Below, one piece after another: positions 54,801 through 64,000 of a stretch of DNA of 64,000 nucleotides. A model generated the notes under the pieces. It saw only the letters and a list, made by a program, of their open reading frames with translations, was not told the origin of the DNA and searched no databases. The DNA is from Eledone cirrhosa (taxonomy: Eukaryota), in the NCBI GenBank assembly GCA_964016885.1, contig OZ024744.1:2604001-2668000 (forward strand), in the 5' to 3' direction. Positions within the stretch are counted from its first letter, which is position 1. The number at the start of each line of letters is the position of its first letter. Made by a program: the position numbers and the translations under genes.

Positions 54801-55664
54801 AAAGATAGCTTGGTGAAGAACAAAGTTTTGGGGGAAGACAAGGTATAGAAAGATAGCTTGGTGAAGAACGAAGTATTGAGGGAAGACTCGGTAGAGAAAG
54901 ATAGCTTGGTGAAGAACGAAGTTTTTAGGGAAGACAAGGTAGAGAAAGATAGCTTGGTGAAGAACGAGGTTTTGAGGGAAGACAAGGTAGAGAAAGATAG
55001 CTTGGTGAAGAACGACGTTTTGGGGGAAGAAAGGTAGAGAAAGATAGCTTGGTGAAGAACAAAGTTTTGGGGGAAGACAAGGTAGAGAAAGATAGCTTGG
55101 TGAAGAACGAAGTGTTGGGGAAGACAATGTAGAGAAAGATAGCTTGGTGAAGAACGAAGTTTTGGGGGAAGACAAGGTAGAGAAAGATAGCTTGGTGAAG
55201 AACGAAGGTTTGAGGGAAGACAAGGTAGAGAAAGATAGCTTGGTGAATAACAAAGTTTTGGGAGAAGACAAGGTCGAGAAAGATAGCTTGGTGAAGAACG
55301 AAGTTTTGAGGGTAGACAAGGTAGAGAAAGATAGCTTGGTGAAGAACGACGTTTTGAGGGAAGACAAGATAGAGAAAGATAGCTTGGTGAAGAACGACGT
55401 TTTGTGGGAAGACAAGGTAGAGAAAGATAGCTTGGTGAAGAACGAAGTTTTGTGGGAAGACAAGGTAGAGAAAGATAGCTTGGTGAAGAACGAAGTTTTG
55501 GGGGAAGACAAGGTAGAGAAAGATAGCTTGGTGAAGAACGAAGTTTTGGGGGAAGACAAGGTAGAGAAAGATAGCTTGGTGAAGAACGAAGTTTTGGGGG
55601 AAATCAAGGTAGAGAATAATAGTTTGGTGAAGAACGAAGTTTTGGGGGAAGACAAGGTAGAGAA

Positions 55665-58600
55665 AGATAGCTTGGTGAAGAACGACGTTTTGAGGGAAGA
55701 CAAGGTAGAGAAAGATAGCTTGGTGAAGAACGAAGTTTTGGGGAAGACAATGTAGAGAAAGATAGCTTGGTGAAGAACGAAGTTTTGGGGGAAGACAAGG
55801 TAGAGAAAGATAGCTTGGTGAAGAACTAAGTTTTGGGAGAAAACAAGGTAGAGAAAGATAGCTTGGTGAAGAACGAAGTTTTGAGGGAAGACAAGGTAGA
55901 GAAAGATAGCTTGGTGAAGAACGACGTTTTGAGGGAAGACAAGGTAGAGAAAGATAGCTTGGTGAAGAACGACGTTTTGTGGGAAGACAAGGTAGAGAAA
56001 GATAGCTTGGTGAAGAACGAAGTTTTGGGGGAAGACAAGGTAGAGAAAGATAGCTTGGTGAATAACGAAGTTTTGGGAGAAGACAAGGTCGAGAAAGATA
56101 GCTTGGTGAAGAACGAAATTTTGAGGGAAGCCAAGGTAGAGAAAGATAGCTTGGTGAAGAACGACGTTTTGAGGGAAGACAAGATAGAGAAAGATAGCTT
56201 GGTGAAGAACGACGTTTTGTGGGAAGACAAGGTGGAGAAAGATAGCTTGGTGAAGAACGAAGTTTTGGGGGAAGACAAGTTAGAGAAAGATAGCTTGGTG
56301 AAGAACGAAGTTTTGGTGGAAGACAAGGTAGAGAAAGATAGCTTGGTGAAGAACGATGTTTTGGGGAAGACAATGTAGATAAAGATAGCTTGGTGAAGAA
56401 CGAAGTTTTGGGGGAAGACAAGGTAGAGAAAGATAGCTTGGTGAAGAACGAAGTTTTGAGGGAAGACAAGGTAGAGAAAGATAGCTTGGTGAATAACGAA
56501 GTTTTGGGAGAAGACAAGGTAGAGAAAGATAGTTGGTGAAGAACGAAGTTTTGAGGGGAGACAATTTAGAGAAAGATAGATTGGTGAAGAACGACGTTTT
56601 GAGGGAAGACAAGGTAGAGAAAGATAGCTTGGTGAAGAACGACGTTTTGTGGGAAGACAAGGTAGAGAAAGATAGCTTGGTGAAGAACGAAGTTTTGGGG
56701 GAAGACAAGGTAGAGAAAGATAGCTTGGTGAAGAACGAAGTTTTGGGGAAGACAATGTAGAGAAAGATAGCTTGGTGAAGAACGAAGTTTTGGGGGAAGA
56801 CAAGGTAGAGAAAGATAGCTTGGTGAAGAACGAAGTTTTGAGGGAAGACAAGGTAGAGAAAGATAGCTTGGTGAATAACGAAGTTTTGGGAGAAGACAAG
56901 GTAGAGAAAGATAGCTTGGTGAAGAACGACGTTTTGAGGGAAGACAAGGTAGAGAAAGATAGCTTGGTGAAGAACGAAGTTTTGGGGAAGACAATGTAGA
57001 GAAAGATAGCTTGGTGAAGAACGAAGTTTTGGGGGAAGACAAGGTAGAGAAAGATAGCTTGGTGAAGAACGAAGTTTTGAGGGAAGACAAGGTAGAGAAA
57101 GATAGCTTGGTGAAGAACGAAGTTTTGAGGGAAGTCAAGGTAGAGAAAGATAGCTTGGTGAAGAACGACGTTTTGAGGGAATACAAGGTAGAGAAAGATA
57201 CCTTGGTGAAGAACGACGTTTTGGGGGAAGACAAGGTAGAGAAAGATAGCTTGGTGAAGAACAACGTTTTGGGGGAAGACAAGGAAGAGAAAGATAGCTT
57301 GGTGAAGAACGAAGTATTGAGGGAAGACTCGGTAGAGAAAGAGAGCTTGGTGAAGAACGAAGTTTTGAGGGAAGACAAGGTAGAGAAATATAGCTTGGTG
57401 AAGAACGAGGTTTTGAGGGAAGACAAGGTAGAGAAAGATAGCTTGGTGAAGAACGAAGTTTTGGGGGAAGACAAGGTAGAGAAAGATAGCTTCGTGAAGA
57501 ACGAAGTTTTGAGGGAAGACAAGGTAGAGAAAGATAGCTTGGTGAAGAACGAAGTTTTGGGGGAAGACAATGTAGAGAAAGATAGATTGCTGAAGAACGA
57601 AGTTTTGAGGGACGACAAAGTAGAGAAAGATAGCTTGGTGAAGAACGAAGTTTTGGGGAAGACAAGGTAGAGAAAGATAGCTTGGTGAAGAACGAAGTTT
57701 TGAGGGAAGACAAGGTAGAGAAAGATAGCTTGGTGAAGAACGAGGTTTTGAGGGAAGACAAGGTAGAGAAAGATAGCTTGGTGAAGAACGACGTTTTGAG
57801 GGAAGACAAGGTAGAGAAAGATAGCTTGGTGAAGAACGACGTTTTGGGGGAAGAAAGGTAGAGAAAGATAGCTTGGTGAAGAACAAAGTTTTGGGGGAAG
57901 ACAAGGTATAGAAAGATAGCTTGGTGAAGAATGAAGTATTGAGGGAAGACTCGGTAGAGAAAGATAGCTTGGTGAAGAACGAAGTTTTGAGGGAAGACAA
58001 GGTAGAGAAAGATAGCTTGGTGAAGAACGAGGTTTTGAGGGAAGACAAGGTAGAGAAAGATAGCTTGGTGAAGAACGACGTTTTGGGGGAAGAAAGGTAG
58101 AGAAAGATAGCTTGGTGAAGAACAAAGTTTTGGGGGAAGACAAGGTAGAGAAAGATAGCTTGGTGAAGAACGAAGTATTGAGGGAAGATTCGGTAGAGAA
58201 AGATAGCTTGGTGAAGAACGAAGTTTTGAGGGAAGACAAGGTAGAGATAGATAGCTTGGTGAAGAACGAGGTTTTGAGGGAAGACAAGGTAGAGAAAGAT
58301 AGCTTGGTGAAGAACGAAGTTTTGGGGGAAGACAATGTAGAGAAAGATAGCTTGGTGAAGAACGAAGTTTTGAGGGAAGACAAGGTAGAGAAAGATAGCT
58401 TGGTGAAGAACGAAGTTTTGAGGGAAGACAAGGTAGAGAAAGATAGCTTGGTGAAGAACGAAGTTTTGGGGGAAGACAAGGTAGAGAAAGATAGCTTGGT
58501 GAAGAACGATGTTTTGAGGGAAGATTCGGTAGAGAAAGATAGCTTGGTGAAGAACGAAGTTTTGAGGGAAGACAAGGTAGAGATAGATAGCTTGGTGAAG

Positions 58601-61445
58601 AACGACGTTTTGAGGGAAGACAAGGTAGAGAAAGATAGCTTGGTGAAGAACGAAGTTTTGGGGAAGACAATGTAGAGAAAGATAGCTTGGTGAAGAACGA
58701 AGTTTTGGGGGAAGACAAGGTAGAGAAAGATAGCTTGGTGAAGAACTAAGTTTTGGGAGAAAACAAGGTAGAGAAAGATAGCTTGGTGAAGAACGAAGTT
58801 TTGAGGGAAGACAAGGTAGAGAAAGATAGCTTGGTGAAGAACGACGTTTTGAGGGAAGACAAGGTAGAGAAAGATAGCTTGGTGAAGAACGACGTTTTGT
58901 GGGAAGACAAGGTAGAGAAAGATAGCTTGGTGAAGAACGAAGTTTTGGGGGAAGACAAGGTAGAGAAAGATAGCTTGGTGAATAACGAAGTTTTGGGAGA
59001 AGACAAGGTCGAGAAAGATAGCTTGGTGAAGAACGAAATTTTGAGGGAAGCCAAGGTAGAGAAAGATAGCTTGGTGAAGAACGACGTTTTGAGGGAAGAC
59101 AAGATAGAGAAAGATAGCTTGGTGAAGAACGACGTTTTGTGGGAAGACAAGGTGGAGAAAGATAGCTTGGTGAAGAACGAAGTTTTGGGGGAAGACAAGT
59201 TAGAGAAAGATAGCTTGGTGAAGAACGAAGTTTTGGTGGAAGACAAGGTAGAGAAAGATAGCTTGGTGAAGAACGATGTTTTGGGGAAGACAATGTAGAT
59301 AAAGATAGCTTGGTGAAGAACGAAGTTTTGGGGGAAGACAAGGTAGAGAAAGATAGCTTGGTGAAGAACGAAGTTTTGAGGGAAGACAAGGTAGAGAAAG
59401 ATAGCTTGGTGAATAACGAAGTTTTGGGAGAAGACAAGGTAGAGAAAGATAGTTGGTGAAGAACGAAGTTTTGAGGGGAGACAATTTAGAGAAAGATAGA
59501 TTGGTGAAGAACGACGTTTTGAGGGAAGACAAGGTAGAGAAAGATAGCTTGGTGAAGAACGACGTTTTGTGGGAAGACAAGGTAGAGAAAGATAGCTTGG
59601 TGAAGAACGAAGTTTTGGGGGAAGACAAGGTAGAGAAAGATAGCTTGGTGAAGAACGAAGTTTTGGGGAAGACAATGTAGAGAAAGATAGCTTGGTGAAG
59701 AACGAAGTTTTGGGGGAAGACAAGGTAGAGAAAGATAGCTTGGTGAAGAACGAAGTTTTGAGGGAAGACAAGGTAGAGAAAGATAGCTTGGTGAATAACG
59801 AAGTTTTGGGAGAAGACAAGGTAGAGAAAGATAGCTTGGTGAAGAACGACGTTTTGAGGGAAGACAAGGTAGAGAAAGATAGCTTGGTGAAGAACGAAGT
59901 TTTGGGGAAGACAATGTAGAGAAAGATAGCTTGGTGAAGAACGAAGTTTTGGGGGAAGACAAGGTAGAGAAAGATAGCTTGGTGAAGAACGAAGTTTTGA
60001 GGGAAGACAAGGTAGAGAAAGATAGCTTGGTGAAGAACGAAGTTTTGAGGGAAGTCAAGGTAGAGAAAGATAGCTTGGTGAAGAACGACGTTTTGAGGGA
60101 ATACAAGGTAGAGAAAGATACCTTGGTGAAGAACGACGTTTTGGGGGAAGACAAGGTAGAGAAAGATAGCTTGGTGAAGAACAACGTTTTGGGGGAAGAC
60201 AAGGAAGAGAAAGATAGCTTGGTGAAGAACGAAGTATTGAGGGAAGACTCGGTAGAGAAAGAGAGCTTGGTGAAGAACGAAGTTTTGAGGGAAGACAAGG
60301 TAGAGAAATATAGCTTGGTGAAGAACGAGGTTTTGAGGGAAGACAAGGTAGAGAAAGATAGCTTGGTGAAGAACGAAGTTTTGGGGGAAGACAAGGTAGA
60401 GAAAGATAGCTTCGTGAAGAACGAAGTTTTGAGGGAAGACAAGGTAGAGAAAGATAGCTTGGTGAAGAACGAAGTTTTGGGGGAAGACAATGTAGAGAAA
60501 GATAGATTGCTGAAGAACGAAGTTTTGAGGGACGACAAAGTAGAGAAAGATAGCTTGGTGAAGAACGAAGTTTTGGGGAAGACAAGGTAGAGAAAGATAG
60601 CTTGGTGAAGAACGAAGTTTTGAGGGAAGACAAGGTAGAGAAAGATAGCTTGGTGAAGAACGAGGTTTTGAGGGAAGACAAGGTAGAGAAAGATAGCTTG
60701 GTGAAGAACGACGTTTTGAGGGAAGACAAGGTAGAGAAAGATAGCTTGGTGAAGAACGACGTTTTGGGGGAAGAAAGGTAGAGAAAGATAGCTTGGTGAA
60801 GAACAAAGTTTTGGGGGAAGACAAGGTATAGAAAGATAGCTTGGTGAAGAATGAAGTATTGAGGGAAGACTCGGTAGAGAAAGATAGCTTGGTGAAGAAC
60901 GAAGTTTTGAGGGAAGACAAGGTAGAGAAAGATAGCTTGGTGAAGAACGAGGTTTTGAGGGAAGACAAGGTAGAGAAAGATAGCTTGGTGAAGAACGACG
61001 TTTTGGGGGAAGAAAGGTAGAGAAAGATAGCTTGGTGAAGAACAAAGTTTTGGGGGAAGACAAGGTAGAGAAAGATAGCTTGGTGAAGAACGAAGTATTG
61101 AGGGAAGATTCGGTAGAGAAAGATAGCTTGGTGAAGAACGAAGTTTTGAGGGAAGACAAGGTAGAGATAGATAGCTTGGTGAAGAACGAGGTTTTGAGGG
61201 AAGACAAGGTAGAGAAAGATAGCTTGGTGAAGAACGAAGTTTTGGGGGAAGACAATGTAGAGAAAGATAGCTTGGTGAAGAACGAAGTTTTGAGGGAAGA
61301 CAAGGTAGAGAAAGATAGCTTGGTGAAGAACGAAGTTTTGAGGGAAGACAAGGTAGAGAAAGATAGCTTGGTGAAGAACGAAGTTTTGGGGGAAGACAAG
61401 GTAGAGAAAGATAGCTTGGTGAAGAACGATGTTTTGAGGGAAGAC
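55665..61445 (+). repeat. Tandem duplication of a 2,920-bp block (61 monomers)
   Basis: ORF starts 55833/58753, 56533/59453, 57011/59931 and 58112/61032 are offset by 2,920. Shared private variants are AAGAATGAAGTA (57932/60852) and GAGATAGATAG. Confidence 0.9.
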
Positions 61446-62600
61446 AAGGTAGAGAAACATAGCTTGGTGAAGAACGAAGTTTTGGGGGAAGACAATGTAG
61501 AGAAAGATAGCTTGGTGAAGAACGAAGTTTTGAGGGACGACAAAGTAGAGAAAGATAGCTTGGTGAAGAACGAAGTTTTGGGGAAGACAAGGTAGAGAAA
61601 GATAGCTTGGTGAAGAACGAAATTTTGGGGGAAGACAAGGTAGAGAAATATAGCTTGGTGAAGAACGAAGTTTTGAGGGAAGACAAGGTAGAGAAAGATA
61701 GCTTGGTGAAGAACGAAGTTTTGAGGGAAGTCAAGGTAGAGAAAGATAGCTTGGTGAAGAACGACGTTTTGAGGGAAGACAAGGTAGAGAAAGATAGCTT
61801 GGTGAAGAACGACGTTTTGGGGGAAGACAAGGTAGAGAAAGATAGCTTGGTGATGAACAACGTTTTGGGGGAAGACAAGGTAGAGAAAGATAGCTTGGTG
61901 AAGAACGAAGTATTGAGGGAAGACTAGCTAGAGAAAGATAGTTGGTGAAGAACGAAGATTTGAGGGAAGACAAGGTAGAGAAAGATAGCTTGGTGAAGAA
62001 CGACGTTTTGAGGGAAGACAAGGTAGAGAAAGATAGCTTGGTGAAGAACGACGTTTTGGGGGAAGAAAGGCAGGGAAAGATAGCTTGGTGAAGAACAAAA
62101 TTTTGGGGGAAGACAAGGTAGAGAAAGATAGCTTGGTGAAGAACGAAGTATTGAGGGAAGTCTCGGTAGAGAAAGATAGCTTGGTGAAGAACGAAGTTTT
62201 GAGGGAAGACAAGGTAGAGAAAGATAGCTTGGTGAAGAACGAGGTTTTGAGGGAAGACAAGGTAGAGAAAGATAGCTTGGTGAAGAACGAAGTTTTGGGG
62301 GAAGACAATGTAGAGAAAGATAGATTGCTGAAGAACGAAGTTTTGAGGGACGACAAAGTAGAGAAAGATAGCTTGGTGAAGAACGAAGTTTTGGGAGAAG
62401 ACAAGGTCGAGAAAGATAGCTTGGTGAAGAAAGAAATTTTGAGGGAAGACAATGTAGAGAAAGATAGCTTGGTGAAGAACGAAGTTTTGGGGGAAGACAA
62501 GGTAGAGAAAGATAGCTTGGTGAAGAACGAAGTTTTGGGGGAAGACAAGGTAGAGAAAGATAGCTTGGTGAAGAACGAAGTTTTGGGGGTAGACAAGGTA
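61445..62600 (+). repeat. Diverged, non-HOR monomer island
   Basis: A cluster of variants seen nowhere else in the window: AAACATAGC (61458), GTGATGAAC (61854), GACTAGCTAGAG (~61925), GAAGATTTG (~61958), AAGGCAGGGAAAG (~62071), AACAAAATTTTG (~62100), AAGAAAGAAATT (~62432) and GGGGGTAGAC (62590). Confidence 0.85.
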
Positions 62601-64000
62601 GAGAAAGATAGCTTGGTGAAGAACGACGTTTTGAGGGAAGACAAGATAGAGAAAGATAGCTTGGTGAAGAACGACGTTTTGTGGGAAGACAAGGTAGAGA
62701 AAGATAGCTTGGTGAAGAACGAAGTTTTGTGGGAAGACAAGGTAGAGAAAGATAGCTTGGTGAAGAACGAAGTTTTGGGGGAAGACAAGGTAGAGAAAGA
62801 TAGCTTGGTGAAGAACGAAGTTTTGGGGGAAGACAAGGTAGAGAAAGATAGCTTGGTGAAGAACGAAGTTTTGGGGGAAATCAAGGTAGAGAATAATAGT
62901 TTGGTGAAGAACGAAGTTTTGGGGGAAGACAAGGTAGAGAAAGATAGCTTGGTGAAGAACGACGTTTTGAGGGAAGACAAGGTAGAGAAAGATAGCTTGT
63001 TGAAGAACGAAGTTTTGGGGAAGACAATGTAGAGAAAGATAGCTTGGTGAAGAACGAAGTTTTGGGGGAAGACAAGGTAGAGAAAGATAGCTTGGTGAAG
63101 AACTAAGTTTTGGGAGAAAACAAGGTAGAGAAAGATAGCTTGGTGAAGAACGAAGTTTTGAGGGAAGACAAGGTAGAGAAAGATAGCTTGGTGAAGAACG
63201 ACGTTTTGAGGGAAGACAAGGTAGAGAAAGATAGCTTGGTGAAGAACGACGTTTTGTGGGAAGACAAGGTAGAGAAAGATAGCTTGGTGAAGAACGACGT
63301 TTTGGGGGAAGACAAGGTAGAGAAAGATAGCTTGGTGAATAACGAAGTTTTGGGAGAAGACAAGGTCGAGAAAGATAGCTTGGTGAAGAACGAAATTTTG
63401 AGGGAAGACAAGGTAGAGAAAGATAGCTTGGTGAAGAACGACGTTTTGAGGGAAGACAAGATAGAGAAAGATAGCTTGGTGAAGAACGACGTTTTGTGGG
63501 AAGACAAGGTGGAGAAAGATAGCTTGGTGAAGAACGAAGTTTTGGGGGAAGACAAGTTAGAGAAAGATAGCTTGGTGAAGAACGAAGTTTTGGTGGAAGA
63601 CAAGGTAGAGAAAGATAGCTTGGTGAAGAACGATGTTTTGGGGAAGACAATGTAGAGAAAGATAGCTTGGTGAAGAACGAAGTTTTGGGGGAAGACAAGG
63701 TAGAGAAAGATAGCTTGGTGAAGAACGAAGTTTTGAGGGAAGACAAGGTAGAGAAAGATAGCTTGGTGAATAACGAAGTTTTGGGAGAAGACAAGGTAGA
63801 GAAAGATAGTTGGTGAAGAACGAAGTTTTGAGGGAAGACAATTTAGAGAAAGATAGATTGGTGAAGAACGACGTTTTGAGGGAAGACAAGGTAGAGAAAG
63901 ATAGCTTGGTGAAGAACGGCGTTTTGTGGGAAGACAAGGTAGAGAAAGATAGCTTGGTGAAGAACGAAGTTTTGGGGGAAGACAAGGTAGAGAAAGATAG

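Larger units (their letters stand above)
1..64000 (+). repeat. 48-bp tandem satellite array (~1,330-1,340 monomers, single orientation, extends beyond both window ends)
   Basis: The monomer AGCTTGGTGAAGAACGAAGTTTTGNGGGAAGACAAGGTAGAGAAAGAT recurs throughout with 0-4 substitutions and occasional 1-bp indels. No non-repeat segment or inversion was seen. Confidence 0.99.

Noticed and set aside
19735-54930. Telomeric or interstitial telomeric array (TTTAGGG)
   Set aside because: Only single isolated copies created by one G->T substitution are present, with no tandem telomeric tract.
195-63655. Plus-strand 73-315 aa ORFs (KNEVLGEDKVEKDSLV repeats) as a gene family
   Set aside because: Starts are TTG/GTG codons internal to the monomer and ends are frameshift-induced. 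There are no unique N- or C-termini or intergenic DNA, and common variants are mostly non-synonymous (G/R/W, K/N, E/D).
590-63660. One giant repetitive protein gene broken by sequencing errors or decoded by programmed frameshifting at TTTTGGGG
   Set aside because: Indels recur at identical HOR positions, include non-homopolymer C deletions and are linked to SNPs. In-frame stops (AAC TAA, GTA TAG) are also propagated. TTTGGGG is not a canonical X XXY YYZ slippery site with Y = A/U.
732-63985. Long minus-strand ORFs up to 1,644 aa (Ser/Leu/Phe/Pro-rich)
   Set aside because: The + consensus lacks TTA, CTA and TCA, so all three minus frames are open by composition. The ORFs overlap in all frames and switch peptide pattern at each indel, so they are artefacts.
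1-64000. CRISPR array
   Set aside because: There are no unique spacers, because the variable half differs by only a few bases between units. There is also no palindromic repeat, leader or cas gene.
1-64000. Antigenic-variation or diversity-generating cassette archive
   Set aside because: There is no expression site, recombinase, reverse transcriptase or cassette boundary in the window. The variation pattern is fully explained by tandem duplication and point mutation.

Overview
All 64 kb is one uninterrupted, head-to-tail tandem satellite array in a single orientation, and it runs off both ends of the window. The 48-bp monomer consensus is AGCTTGGTGAAGAACGAAGTTTTG[G/A/T]GGGAAGACAAGGTAGAGAAAGAT, present in roughly 1,330-1,340 copies. 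The G5 consensus has 18 A, 18 G, 9 T and 3 C, so the + strand is 75% purine. I found no unique sequence, credible gene, RNA gene, transposon or CRISPR array. All ORFs in the track are translations of the repeat. The informative structure is a nested hierarchy read from diagnostic monomer variants: a possible ~16-bp sub-repeat, the 48-bp monomer, a 239-bp 5-mer, two related higher-order repeat (HOR) types of ~2.3 kb and ~2.6-3.1 kb, and recent near-identical block duplications at offsets of 2,631, 2,920, 4,116, 6,223, 7,322 and 11,059/11,107 bp. There is also a left-to-right turnover of variants and an older, diverged island near 61.4-62.6 kb. By inference this is eukaryotic heterochromatic (centromeric, pericentromeric or subtelomeric) satellite DNA. 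I do not recognise the family or organism. Offsets were taken by eye and from the ORF track, so block boundaries are approximate to about one monomer.
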